Assembly: GCA_963846335.1 (NCBI GenBank)
Contig: CAWJVS010000030.1
Coordinates: forward strand, 143,863-207,862
Reading direction: 5' to 3'
Length of the DNA stretch: 64,000 bases
Source of the DNA: an uncultured Bacteroidales bacterium
GTDB lineage: Bacteria > Bacteroidota > Bacteroidia > Bacteroidales > VadinHA17
Shown here in pieces: positions 1-11,698 of this stretch. How positions within the stretch are numbered: position 1 is the first letter of the stretch; every line of letters starts with the position of its first letter. Made by a program: the position numbers and the translations under genes. The notes beneath the pieces are model-generated. The model worked only from the letters and a program-made list of their open reading frames with translations, was not told where the DNA came from and did not search any database.

Positions 1-1
1 T

Positions 2-100
2 CCGAAATTTGTCAGCATGATATATGCATTGATCTATGTTGGGGTTCTTTTTATTCCTGCTTACATTCTTTACAGAAAGAGGATTTATATTAAATTGTGA
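2..100 (+). CDS. 3' end of a gene starting upstream of the window (hydrophobic helix plus basic tail); function unknown
   Basis: Frame 2 reads PKFVSMIYALIYVGVLFIPAYILYRKRIYIKL* open from the window edge. It is partial, so it is absent from the ORF track. It overlaps the convergent sialidase-like gene by 11 nt. Confidence 0.2.
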   Translation, partial: PKFVSMIYALIYVGVLFIPAYILYRKRIYIKL

Positions 101-1285
101 TTTTAATTGGATCGATCACAACATGTTTGATAGTTTTTTTCCCTTCTCCCAGTGAATAAGAATATGAGATATGTATCAGGCCATCACTGGTTTGTATCAG
201 GCAGGGGTATGAAAAGTTTCCTTTTTTATCAGCCTGGTATTCAATGAGCTCTTTCCATTTCCATGTAGAGCCTTCATCATCTGAGATGTAGAGCGATAGT
301 TGATAGCGGCCGTCAGTGATGTCATTTCCAAAAAACACCCATTTGCCGTCTTTTAAAACGCAGATTTCAACACTGGCCTCGTTGGGTATATCTGTTTTCT
401 CTGAAAGAGTCCACGATTCACCATTATCTGATGATGAGCTTATATGCACTCTTGCCGGAGCATCTCCGCTGTCGCGCATATAGGCAACTATTGTGCCATC
501 TTTCCTGACAGCCAGGGCCGGCTGGATCGGTCCTCGGCCCACGATAGGCAGGCTGTTTCTCCAGGATGTTCCTTCATCATCCGAAATTGCGACCATCGAA
601 AAATTAAAACCGTCTGAATAGAGAGGTAGTAGTATCCTGCCATCCCTGAGTGTTATCGGATGAATACGTGTCATCCATCCGATACTCCTTTTAGACAGGT
701 CTTTGCTTGCTTCTTTTATCATGTCATCATATAAAGGTGCGTATGATGCCCATCCTGCCTGACTTTCAGGCATCTCATTAAATTTCTTTTCAACCTCAGC
801 GGCAAAATTATCGTCAGGTTTCAACAAAATGTTATCCTGCCATTCCCAGTTTGGTGCGCCATTTCCTGAGTAGTCTGTCGATGTCCGGTATCTTAAAATT
901 GAATTTTCCCACTTGTTGGCCAAAACGGCTATCCAGAACATAAAAAGCCTGCCCTTCCTGTTAATAAAGAGCACAGGATTGCAATCGGGCATTCCTTTTG
1001 TGTCTGCCATCAGGAAAGGGGTGGTCCATTTACTGTCATTTTTTCTCAATCTGGCGCCCATTATCCTGACATCGTCAGCTGATCCTCTCCCCGCTTCCCT
1101 GGAACCAGCATGCCAGTAAATCTCCGCCGGGAAGCATCACAATGCTGCTCCCATGAGCATGTTCATTCTGAAAGGGAAAAATAAATTCTTCACTTATGAT
1201 TGAGTTGCTTGCATTCCTTGTCTGGGCGAAGCTGTTATAATGAAAGCGATATTAAACAAACCAGTATAAGCTTGATTATTTTCAT
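90..1285 (-). CDS. BNR/Asp-box exo-alpha-sialidase-like protein (GH33-like), secreted; needs two frame changes
   Basis: ORF 90..1061 has three Asp-boxes (SDDEGTSW, SSDNGESW, SDDEGSTW). Upstream frames continue as NEHAHGSSIVMLPGGDLLACWFQGSGER and as a signal peptide MKIIKLILVCLISL from ATG 1285..1283. Frame changes lie near 1080 and 1235. The ATG overlaps the TGA of the upstream lyase (ATGA). Confidence 0.7.
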
Positions 1286-2187
1286 AGTATCTTTTTCAAC
1301 TCTTCAACATGCTGCTCGATTTTCTTTCTCTCCTCAGATCTGAATTTGCGAAGCGGAAACGCCACATAATCATTGCAAATGCCCATTACGGACAAGGCAC
1401 ATTTTATTCCCTTGATTATTCTTGATTTATGTTTGCCAACATTAAAAATCGTATTGTCTATCATCATCACTTTTTCACGGAGGAGTGCTATTTTATCAAT
1501 ATCCCTTTCAACTGATGCATTGTACAAATCTACAAATAATCGCGGGTATAAATTGGCTCCTCCAGCAATAGCGCCATCTCCGCCATGCAGTATTGTTTCA
1601 GGCAGAAATAATTCTGTACCCGCAATTACAGAAAATTCCGGTGATCCTTTAAATTCCTCTATAAGTGAATAGAGGTATGCAATGTCGCCGGAGCTGTCCT
1701 TTACACCTATGGCACCCAGCTCCTTTGCCTTTTTTATTGTTTCGACCGACATATGCATTTTTGTACAACTCGGCATGTCATACATTATAAACGGCAGAGG
1801 CAGCCTTGGAGCTAAATTTTCCAGATACTCTCTCATTTCCTCCTGCGATATCGGCACATAATAGGGAGGTGCGAGAACAACCGCATCCAGCCCGGCATTC
1901 TTTGAATACTCCGCTATTTCAAGTGACCCGTTCAGGGAGGTATCCGTTATGCCTGCAACTAATGGAACCCTGTGATTGACCAGGTTACTCGTCCTTTCAA
2001 TAAGTTCTTTCCTGAGATTATAATGCAGACTTGTAGCCTCACCAGTAGTTCCCAGGATAAAGATCCCATGGACTCCTCCTGACAATAAGTGCTCAATCAG
2101 TTTTTCAAGTCCGGCAACATCAAGTGTACTGTTATCCAGAAGAGGTGTAACTAAAGGTGGAATAATCCCTTTTAATGGTAATTTCAT
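1282..2187 (-). CDS. DapA/NanA-family class I aldolase (probable N-acetylneuraminate-type lyase)
   Basis: 301 aa. Motifs: GIIPPLVTPL, GTTGEATSL, YYVP, and a Schiff-base lysine context GVKDSSGD. It is translationally coupled to the sialidase-like gene. Confidence 0.85.
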   Translation of the reverse strand: MKLPLKGIIPPLVTPLLDNSTLDVAGLEKLIEHLLSGGVHGIFILGTTGEATSLHYNLRKELIERTSNLVNHRVPLVAGITDTSLNGSLEIAEYSKNAGLDAVVLAPPYYVPISQEEMREYLENLAPRLPLPFIMYDMPSCTKMHMSVETIKKAKELGAIGVKDSSGDIAYLYSLIEEFKGSPEFSVIAGTELFLPETILHGGDGAIAGGANLYPRLFVDLYNASVERDIDKIALLREKVMMIDNTIFNVGKHKSRIIKGIKCALSVMGICNDYVAFPLRKFRSEERKKIEQHVEELKKIL

Positions 2188-2393
2188 AGGTTATCAGATC
2201 TCAAGTTTTATATCAGCTCTGCCATTTAGTTCGTTCGTTTATCTGGTCTCTTTGAATACTAAATATTCATACTGCAAATAAACCCTATTATGCTTATTGT
2301 TACTTGTTTTATATTGTTCTGTTTACATTGATTTTTAACCCATAAAATCAAATTAATTAGTTATTTTTACATTTTAAGGTTAAAAAGTTTGCT

Positions 2394-3245
2394 ATGGAAA
2401 TCATATATGAGAAGATATTTGTTTCCCATGAACACTCGTTTATAACCAGGAAGATGTGGATGGATCCCAATTCTCACAAAATCCATTCTCATAAGAATTT
2501 TGAATTGAACTATATCCTGTCTGGGTCAGGAAAAAGAATCGTAGGTAACAGTATATCCAGCTATTCAGAAGGAGACCTCGTCCTGCTCGGTCCAAATATT
2601 CCTCATTGCTGGAATGTTCTGGAAATTTCAGAGAATATTCCCTCTGAGTGTATTGTCACTCATTTCTATGAGAATATTATAGCCTCGAATTTTTTTAATA
2701 TTCCGGAGCTTGAAAATGTTGTGAACCTCCTTAAGAATGCAGGCAATGGTTTGTGGTTCAGAGGCAGATCCGTGGAGAAAGTGGGACAGACGCTGAAAAA
2801 GATGGTAACTCTGGAAGGTCTTCCCCTATATATAGAATTATTGAAAGTATTCAACCTGCTCCTTCAGATCGATGACAAGGAAGAATTAACTCTTCCTTCT
2901 TCCCTCCCTGACCATTATGACAAACACCATGACCAGATTAATAAGATCTATGAATACGTCTTTAAAAATATCCAGTCAGGCATCAGACTAAAGGAGGCTG
3001 CAGAACTTGTCTTCATGGAACCTGGCTCTTTCTGCAGATACTTCAAGAAAAAAACCAATCAGACATTCATGAACTATGTAAAGAATGTTCGAATCGGCCT
3101 GGCTGCCAAGATGCTGGCTCAGACTGACAAGCAGATTACGAGGATCAGTTACGAGTGCGGTTACAGCAACCTTGCAAATTTCAACCACTATTTCAAGTGT
3201 GTGATGAAAAAAACCCCGTCTGAATACCGGAAAGGTTTTCAGTAA
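2394..3245 (+). CDS. AraC-family transcriptional regulator (cupin-like N-terminus plus C-terminal HTH)
   Basis: 283 aa. The C-terminus LKEAAELVFMEPGSFCRYFKKKTNQTFMNYVKNVRIGLAAKML...ISYECGYSNLANFNHYFK is a typical AraC double HTH. The gene is divergent from the lyase/sialidase pair. Confidence 0.85.
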   Translation: MEIIYEKIFVSHEHSFITRKMWMDPNSHKIHSHKNFELNYILSGSGKRIVGNSISSYSEGDLVLLGPNIPHCWNVLEISENIPSECIVTHFYENIIASNFFNIPELENVVNLLKNAGNGLWFRGRSVEKVGQTLKKMVTLEGLPLYIELLKVFNLLLQIDDKEELTLPSSLPDHYDKHHDQINKIYEYVFKNIQSGIRLKEAAELVFMEPGSFCRYFKKKTNQTFMNYVKNVRIGLAAKMLAQTDKQITRISYECGYSNLANFNHYFKCVMKKTPSEYRKGFQ

Positions 3246-3308
3246 CCACACCACAGAAGTGTGTTTCAATCATGAAATTATTGTTATCAAAACTTTGAAC
3301 ATTATCAT

Positions 3309-6027
3309 ATGGCCATTCTGACACGTTTATTTATCATTCTGATCTTTGCAGGATTCACTGATCATCTGTTCTCACAAAAAAAAGTTGAAATACTTACAGT
3401 TCCTGCTGGCGAAAAGGTTACCGGGATCAGTACCGGCGGAACCACCATATTGCCCAGCGGCAGGTTTCTTACACCTGCCGGAGATCTTTTAAGGATCACC
3501 GATGATCCATTCGGCATGGCATTGTCGCCGGACGGCAAAAAAGCTGTTACACTTCATGATGGCGTGTTTACAATTATTGATCTGCAGTTCCTTGCATCCA
3601 TAAGGGTTCCCAGCTATGATAAAACAATCAAATCGCCCTTATCCGACGGATCGTATCTTGGTGTTGTTTTCAGGCGATTCACGAACAGTCTATCTGAGCG
3701 GGGGTGATAACGGTGCTGTAATCATCTATGATATCAGAAAGTTTGACGCGTCTCGATTCAATTTCTCTGAATGGAATGCTGATGGTATGACTTATAATGA
3801 CAGTTTTACTTCAGATCTGGTTTTAAATGAACCGAAAATGAACTGTTGGTTCTTGACAGGGGCAATTTCAGGCTGGTGCGCATTGATCTGGCCTGCGAAA
3901 AAGATTACTGCTTCAATAAGGGTCGGCGACAGCCGTTTGGACTCTCTTTCAGTCCGGACAGGAAAACTGCATTCATTGCAAATGTTGGTATGTATGAATA
4001 TCCTCTGATAACAGGAGCTACCCCTGAAAATTACGATTCTTGCTGATTTCTCATCATCCATATGGGATAATACTCCTGAATCAATTAATGGGACAGTCGT
4101 TGAAGGTCGTGAAGTTCCGGGAGTTGGCAGTCCGCTTCATCCGGATGCGATGAGTGTATTTACTGATCGATCTGCAAACCAATCAGGTGATTGATAGATT
4201 CAAAACAGGCCATCAGATAGGACAGATGATTGAAGATGCTGAAGTCGTTGGTGGAGCCAGCCCTAACTCAATTGCAGTCGGATCTCAGTTTGCCTATGTG
4301 TCAAATGCAACCAATGACAATATTTCAGTTATCGATTACAGAAACCACAAGATAACAGGACACATTCCGATCATTGCGTTGATAGACCGGATTGATAAAT
4401 TACCGGGGATTGTTGCCTTTTGGGCTGACACTTAGCAAGGATGAAAAGACTCTGTATGTAGCTCTTCTTGGTTTTAATGCCGTTGCAGTAATTGATGTTC
4501 GGAACAGGCACGACACAGGGATTGATTCCTTCGGGTTGGGGGCCTGACCAGGGTATTGCTTCAGAGGATGAGAAAGAATTGTTTATTATCACCTGCAGGG
4601 GGCTGGGTGCCGGTCCAAACGGGGGTAAGGATTTGTATCTCCTGTTCAGGGTTATTATGTAGGTGATATTCAGCTTGGAAGTTTCCAGAAGGTCAACGTG
4701 CCTGACAATGACAAACTGGCATTTTATACAAAACAGTCAGTTGAAAATACTTTCATGGAGCCAAACGTATTAGGGATGATATGCAATCCCTTGCCGGCAC
4801 TTCCCGGAATGCGTAAGTCGCCGATTAAAGTACGTTGTTTATATCACCAAGGAGAACAGGACCTATGACGAGGTTTTCGGGCAGCTGAAAAATGCAGATG
4901 GCGACAGTACACTGGCACGGTTCGGCGTTAATAATGAATATACGCTACCTGAGTCAATGAGAGGTAAATTCCCGGACTCAGGATCAGCCCAAATCATCAT
5001 AAAAGGCTGCAAAACAATTTTCCTTTTCAGATAATTTTTACTGCGACAGTGATGCCTCCATCCATGGTCACCACTGGATGATGGGGGTTATACCGAACGA
5101 ATGGGTTGAAGCGAATTCAAGTGTTTCGAAAACTGCGAGATTATTTTCCAGAAGCTCCGGGAAGACGTCATCCCGGTTCGACTGGAAGCATTGATCCTGA
5201 AGATTATGCTGAAATCGGCGGGCTATGGGAAGCTCTTGACAGAAAGAATGTTTCATTCTACAACTTCGGTGAAGCAAATGAAACTGCTCATGTAACCGGG
5301 AGGAATGGTATGATACGATTACCGGAGCCTGCGCATGGAGTAATGGTTCCGATGCAGAAAGCACTGTTTAGACAGGACAAGTCACGATTATGCCGGATAC
5401 AATATGAATATACCGGATCAGTACAGGATGGATCAGTTTGAAAAGGAGTTTACTGAAAAATGGATCAACGGAAATGAGGAGATGCCTTCCTTGTTACCAT
5501 GCAGGTTGCCAAATGATCATGGAGCTTCGATCAGGCCTGAAGATGGCTACCTTTATCCTCATCCTTCATGGTTGATAACGATCTGGCTGTGGGCGAATAT
5601 TGCACTTTTCTGTCACGGACAAAATACTGGAAGGATATGCTGGTTATAATTACCGAAGATGATCCCCAGGGCGGTGTTGATCATGTTGATGCACATCGTT
5701 CCATACTGATGATGGCAGGTCCTTATGTAAAAAGAGGATATGTTTCTCATACCCACGCCAATTTTGGATCGGTGCTGAAAACAATCTATAATATTCTCGA
5801 TGTACCCTATGTTAACCAGTTTGATGTGACAGGTTCTTGCTGCAGGATTTTTTTACTTCCGGTCACCTGATTACTCGCCATATACAATGGAAATGCATGA
5901 TTCAAGGATATTCGATGCTGAACTGGCAATGAAGAAATACAACAGAACAATTGACTGGCAGAAAGATTGAACAGGGCCCGCCGCTTGATAATGAGGATGT
6001 TGAGAGAGAAGTCCATTATGGAGAATA
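3309..6027 (+). pseudogene. YncE-type beta-propeller fused to a phosphoesterase (PLC/AcpA family); disrupted by about 14 or more frame changes
   Basis: Starts with signal peptide MAILTRLFIILIFAGF. Propeller-like pieces include LSPDGKKAVTLHDG, FSPDRKTAFIANVGMYEY and FAYVSNATNDNISVIDY. Phosphoesterase pieces include YITKENRTYDEVFGQL, PNHHK/AKQFSFSDNFYCDSDASIHGHHW, NIPDQYRMDQF and ITEDDPQGGVDHVDAHRS. All pieces are found by hopping between the three + frames. Confidence 0.7.
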
Positions 6028-6157
6028 ATGGCTCTTATCCAAACCATGGCAGCTAATCAGGCAAGATAACTTTTTATACTGGTTTGGTAAAAAATTCTTA
6101 CATTCACTGTACTATTTATAGTTATTTAGCACCTTATTAATCAAATTCAGATAATTT

Positions 6158-7147
6158 ATGGAATCAGTGGACAACTCTCCGGAGAATATCTATTTTGGTT
6201 TGGATATAGGCGGAACAAAATGCAGTGTTGTTATAGGAGATAATAACTTTTCAATTAAGAAAAAGATAGTTTTCGAAACCCGCACCCTGAGAGGATATAA
6301 TGAAATATTGTCTGATTTCAAAGTCAATATGATTTCCTTGCTCAATGAATTTCCGGGATATAATCTGAAACGGATTGGAATAAGCTGTGGCGGTCCACTC
6401 GATTCAAAGAGTGGTATGATCTATTCCCCACCCAATCTTCCTGGATGGGACAGTGTTCCCATAACAAAAATCTTCAGTGAAGAATTCGGAGTTGAAACTA
6501 CGCTGCAGAACGATGCCAATGCATGTGCCCTGGCTGAGTGGCTGATGGGAGCCGGAAGAGGTACATCCAACATGGTTTTTCTGACTTTTGGCACAGGAAT
6601 GGGAGGAGGTCTTATTCTTAATGGCAGATTATACAGCGGAACAAACGATCTTGGCGGAGAAGTGGGGCACATCAGGCTTGCAAAGGAGGGACCTGTTGGT
6701 TTTGGAAAGGCGGGATCCTTCGAGGGATACTGCAGCGGAGGGGGAATTGCCCAGTTGGCCAGATCTGTAGTTGCGGAAAGACTGAACAATAACCAGCCTG
6801 TAAATTTCTGTCCATCAGCAGACAGGATAGGTGAAATTGATACCAGAATGGTAACTATGGCAGCTCTTGCCGGTGACTCTGTTGCATATGAAATTATAAG
6901 GATAGCTTCCGAATATCTTGGTCAGGGGCTGGCAATAATAATTGATATGCTGAATCCGGAATGCATTGTAATAGGGAGTATCTATGCCCGCAATGAGATG
7001 CTTTTCAAACCGCTTATTGAACCTGTTTTGAAGCGGGAAGCAATTCCTGGTGCACTCGACGTATGCCGTATTGTTCCGGCTGAACTTGGAGATTCAATTG
7101 GCGATTACGCTGCACTGTGTGTAGCCATATATGAAGATAAATTTTAA
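6158..7147 (+). CDS. ROK-family sugar kinase
   Basis: 329 aa. Motifs: GLDIGGTKCSV (ATP-binding N-terminus), NDANACALAEW and GGEVGHIRL. No Cys-rich Zn motif. Confidence 0.85.
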   Translation: MESVDNSPENIYFGLDIGGTKCSVVIGDNNFSIKKKIVFETRTLRGYNEILSDFKVNMISLLNEFPGYNLKRIGISCGGPLDSKSGMIYSPPNLPGWDSVPITKIFSEEFGVETTLQNDANACALAEWLMGAGRGTSNMVFLTFGTGMGGGLILNGRLYSGTNDLGGEVGHIRLAKEGPVGFGKAGSFEGYCSGGGIAQLARSVVAERLNNNQPVNFCPSADRIGEIDTRMVTMAALAGDSVAYEIIRIASEYLGQGLAIIIDMLNPECIVIGSIYARNEMLFKPLIEPVLKREAIPGALDVCRIVPAELGDSIGDYAALCVAIYEDKF

Positions 7148-7159
7148 AATCTCAATGAC

Positions 7160-7806
7160 ATGGAAAACATTCTTTTCCTTGAGGAATTAATTCACAGATA
7201 TTCGAAGCTTGAGGTTATCAGTGATAAACTTAACGAGGCTGCAGAACGCCTTATAAGGTGTTATCAGAATGGAAACAAAGTCCTGATATGCGGCAACGGA
7301 GGAAGCAGCAGTGATTCCGACCATATTGCCGGTGAATTGCTGAAGGGATTTGAACAGAAACGTCCATTGGATGATTTAATGAAGAATCAGTTAATGGCAG
7401 TATCCGGTAAAAGGGGATCTTTTCTGGCAGTTAAGCTTCAGTCCGGACTGCCGGCAATCTCTCTGTCTGCTCATACAGCCCTCATGACTGCTGTGGCAAA
7501 TGACACCGATGCAAACCTTATATATGCTCAGCAGGTGATTGCTTTCGGCAATCCGGGTGATGTTCTTTTGGCATAAGTACTTCGGGGAACGCTCAAAACG
7601 TGCTTGATGCTGCCATCACAGCAAGAGCAAAAGGTATGACCGTTATTGGAATGACAGGAGAAACGGGAGGAAAACTTAAATCCGTTTGCGATATCCTTAT
7701 AAATGTTCCTGAAAGACGCACTTCTTTTGTCCAGGAATTACATCTGCCTGTTTACCATACCCTTTGTCTGATAGTTGAACAGCATTTTTTTGGAATACAG
7801 GAGTAA
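7160..7806 (+). CDS. SIS-domain phosphosugar isomerase of the GmhA/DiaA type; one frame change near 7575
   Basis: Motifs: KVLICGNGGSSSDSDHIAGEL and ...GDVLLA|ISTSGNAQNVLDAAITARAKGMTVIGMTGETGGKL. The two ORFs 7160..7576 and 7600..7806 join if one A is restored in gcaTAAgt. Confidence 0.75.
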
Positions 7807-7844
7807 TTGATTCCCCCGTTTTAGTTTGAGACAAAAAAACTTAA

Positions 7845-10405
7845 ATGATGCAAGAGAAAAGTTCAAAAAAGAGTAATAGCATCTCCAGGCGAACCTTTAT
7901 AAATTATAGTACGGCAGGTGTTGCAAGCATAGTACTGGGACCTGTTCCATGTTTGCCCGGCAATGATAACCGGCAAGTCTCTTCATGGCCGGCAGATGCA
8001 AACAAAATCAGGTTTCACATGATAGGGCAGGCACATATTGATCCTGTATGGCTATGGCCATGGTCAGAAGGAGTTTCAGTTGTGCACAGTACTTTCAGGT
8101 CAGCTCTCGACAGGATGAACGAAAGTCCTGACTTCTGTTTTACGGCCAGTTCAGCACAGTTTTATGAATGGGTGGCAGAAAATGATCCTGCAATGCTTGA
8201 AGAGATACGCAAAAGGATAGATGAAGGCCGCTGGAACTTGACGGCGGGTGGTGGATAGAGCCGGATATGAATATGCCATCAGGAGAAGCAATGGTGCGGC
8301 AGGGATTGTACGGGCAGCTTACCATGGAACGTCTTACAGGCCACCGTGCTACCGTTGCCTATTGCCCCGATTCATTCGGACATGCCAGCACCGTGCCACA
8401 GATTCTGAAATTGCAGGGTATGGAGAATTATATCTTCATGAGGCCGGCCCGAAAGGAAAAAGACCTCCCGGCTGATCTCTTCTGGTGGGAAGGAACCGAC
8501 GGAACACGAATATTAACCTACCGCATACAGCTCAGCTATAATGACAGCAGATCTGTGAGAAACAGAGTGGAACAGATACTGTCCCAATACAAGGATCAGC
8601 CAATGAAAAGCTTTATGGCATATTATGGCGCCGGTGATCATGGTGGGGGTGCAACAAAGGAAAATATACAATCAATTGAAGAACTAAAGACTGACACGAA
8701 AGCACCGGAAGTATTCTATTCAACTACCGATCGCTATTTTAAAGAATTAAGAAGATCAGTCAATTTGAATTTCCCTGTAGTTGCTGATGATTTGCAGCAT
8801 CATGCTGTAGGCTGTTATACAGCCGAATCGGCGATAAAGAAGGGAAACAGACAGGCAGAGGCTGCTCTGTCAACTGCGGAGAAGATTGCATCCATTGCAT
8901 CAGCTGCATTGGGGTCGGTTTATCCTAAAGCGGAACTGACAGCTGCCTGGAAGAAAGTACTCTTTCTTCAGTTTCATGACAGTCTCGCCGGTACTTCACT
9001 GCCTGAACATTCGCAGTCTGCAAGGGAGGGATTCGGATATGCCCTGGATATTGCCCATATGAATGCCTATATGTCGCTTCAAAAGCTTGAATGGCAGGTA
9101 GCTGCAGAAGATCCGGCCTCGCAGTACCTGCTGGTCTTCAACCCTCATGCATGGGAAGTATACTCAAATCTTGAATACGATCTCAACGGTATGCAAGACA
9201 CTACCCGTGTGGAAGATGAAACTGGCAAATCTTTGCTGCACCAGTGGAACCCCGGGTCGACGGAAACAAACAGGAAAAGGTTGATATTTGGAACAATAGT
9301 GCCTCCGTTTGGCTACAGACAGATCAGGATATTACAGGGGGATCCGGGGCAGGTAAAAAATATTGCCAGGGCAGATAAAAACATTCTGGAGAATGAGCAT
9401 CTCCGAATCAGTTTCTCAGTAAATGGCACTATCGGGATTTTTGACAAGGATGCAGGCCGGGAAGTGTTTTCCGGAGGAGCAACAGGTTGCAAAGCAGTGG
9501 TGATAAATGATCAAAGCGATACCTGGAGCCATGATGTAAAGGCATTCTCCGATGAGATAGGGGTCTTCTCAGATGCAAAACTTAAAGTTCTTGAGAACGG
9601 CCCGCTGCGCGCCGCTGTGCGCGTTATTTCAACATTCGGCGATTCAGAGCTCAGCATTGACTGGACTCTTTATGCGGGCGCCAGGAACCTCGAGGCCATT
9701 ATAACACTTGACTGGCATGAAAGGCTGAAAATGATAAAATTTTCCTTTCCTGCCGATGTAGAATCTCCGGTTGCAACATATGAGACTCCCTATGGGAATA
9801 TTATCCGCAAAACTGACGGGAATGAAGATCCGGGACAAAGATGGATTGACCTGACCGGAAACAGGAGCAATGGAAAATATGGCCTCACGATTCTTAATGA
9901 TGCCAAGTATGGCTACAGCATAAACGGTAATGATATGAGGATATCAGTTGTCAGGTCTTCCCCGTTTGCCCATCATGTACCAAAAGTTCTTGATACCAGC
10001 AGCGAGCATATCTGGATGGATCAGGGAATCCAGACTTTCCGGATGCTGCTCGTTCCTCATGCCGGTACATTGCAGGATGTCAATATACCGCGGATTGCGG
10101 AAGAGTTCATTTCGCAGTCACTCTTGATTTACCAGGGGATACACAGGGGTACTATGCCAAAATCGGGCTCGTTCCTTTCGATCAATTCCGGAAATGTGAT
10201 CGTATCTGCAGTCAAACAGTCGGAATTAGGCGAGGATATTGTTCTGAGATGCGTTGAAACTTTTGGAGAGCCTGTTTCTGCCTCCATCAGCCTGAAGTTT
10301 GTAAATAAGATATGGACGGGCGACTTCAGACCTTATGAAATAAAAACACTGCGTTATTACAGAAAAACCGGAGATATAAAAGTTGTTAATTTGCTGGAAG
10401 AATAG
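7845..10405 (+). CDS. GH38 alpha-mannosidase-family enzyme with TAT-type signal; one frame change near 8240
   Basis: Signal SRRTFINYSTAGVASIVLG. GH38 N-terminus HMIGQAHIDPVWLWPW. The junction reads GRWNLT|GGWWIEPDMNMPSGEAMVRQ after a 1-nt correction. The remaining 712-aa ORF is continuous. Confidence 0.85.
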
Positions 10406-10520
10406 ATCAGGAAATATTTGGAGTTTAATAAATGATCCTTTGTGCTCATTTTTGGCTGTTGAAAGAATCAAAACTTAAGAACCGTTAAATAAATTTTAAT
10501 ATAAACTAAAAAAGCGTATT

Positions 10521-11672
10521 GTGGAAAATTCAAGATCAGGACTCGGAAAGATACTCCCGGTATTTATGTCGTTCATAGTTATGGGGTTTATTGATATTAT
10601 CGGTGTAGCTACCGGATATGTTAAACAGGACTTCATGCTCACAGATTTTATTGCACAGTTTTTGCCAATGATGGTTCTTCTGTGGTTCTTTGTTCTTTCA
10701 GTGCCGGCAGGAGTTTTGCAGGATAAGTATGGCAAGCGTAATATGCTTAATCTGGGTATGGTTATCCAGGCTGTGGGATTAGGCATCCCGTTTATTCATT
10801 ATTCATTCGGGATGATGTTTGCTTCTTTCATCCTTTTGGGTATTGGCAATACAATTATTCAGGTTTCGGCCAACCCGTTATTGCAGGATGTTACTCCGGG
10901 TGAGAAGCTTGCCAGCTACTTGAGTACCACTCAGTTTATTAAAGCAATAGTCTCATTCTCAGGACCAATCATTGCTACATTTATGGCCAGAAGCTTTGGC
11001 GACTGGAGATTAGTGCTGGCCGTTTATGGTGTAACTTCTTTGCTTTCAGCTTTATGGCTTTCACTGACACCAATTAAGGAATCTAAACCCGACCGCAAAC
11101 CGGCTTCATTTGCCTCATGTTTCGGATTGCTCAAAAATCGTTTTGTCGCATATATGGCTTTGTCAATTTTTCTGATTGTCGGAGCTGAAGTTGCAATAAA
11201 TACAAATATCGCGAATGTCCTTATTGCAAAATATGGCATAACTCTCGAAACAGCTGCATACGGCATCAGTTTCTTTTTTGCCGGTGAAACCATATCCCGA
11301 TTTCTTGGCGCAATTATATTAAACTGGATAAAACCACGCCTCTTTCTGTTTCTGATTACGATATTATCGCTTGCCGGCGTTTTGGGTGTATTTTTTGCCC
11401 CGAGTAACACGGTTGCTTTTGTTTCAATCTTTATTATCGGACTGGGTGTGGGAAATATGTTCCCGGTGATTTTTTCACTCGCACTGGCTAAAATGCCTGA
11501 TCGTGCCAATGAAGTTTCAGGTTTATTGATAATGGCCGTGTCAGGTGGTGCCGTTATTCCTCTTGTTATGGGATTTGTGAGTACTGCATTTGGTCCTCTT
11601 GTCAGTATTTCGGTAGTTGGTGCCTGTATGCTCTATATACTATGGGTCTCTTTCTATGTGCGAAAGAGTTAA
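10521..11672 (+). CDS. MFS sugar permease (FucP / glucose-galactose transporter-like)
   Basis: 383 aa and hydrophobic throughout, with about 12 helix-sized segments. Loop motif LQDKYGKRN after TM2. GTG start as given in the ORF track. Confidence 0.8.
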   Translation: MENSRSGLGKILPVFMSFIVMGFIDIIGVATGYVKQDFMLTDFIAQFLPMMVLLWFFVLSVPAGVLQDKYGKRNMLNLGMVIQAVGLGIPFIHYSFGMMFASFILLGIGNTIIQVSANPLLQDVTPGEKLASYLSTTQFIKAIVSFSGPIIATFMARSFGDWRLVLAVYGVTSLLSALWLSLTPIKESKPDRKPASFASCFGLLKNRFVAYMALSIFLIVGAEVAINTNIANVLIAKYGITLETAAYGISFFFAGETISRFLGAIILNWIKPRLFLFLITILSLAGVLGVFFAPSNTVAFVSIFIIGLGVGNMFPVIFSLALAKMPDRANEVSGLLIMAVSGGAVIPLVMGFVSTAFGPLVSISVVGACMLYILWVSFYVRKS

Positions 11673-11698
11673 TAGATTATTATTAAAAGTATTGCAGA

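Noticed and set aside
3309-6027. Programmed ribosomal frameshifting or recoding as the explanation for the multiple frame changes, here and elsewhere
   Set aside because: There are too many sites, in both directions. They share no slippery heptamer or downstream structure. Sequencing indels or pseudogenisation are far more likely.
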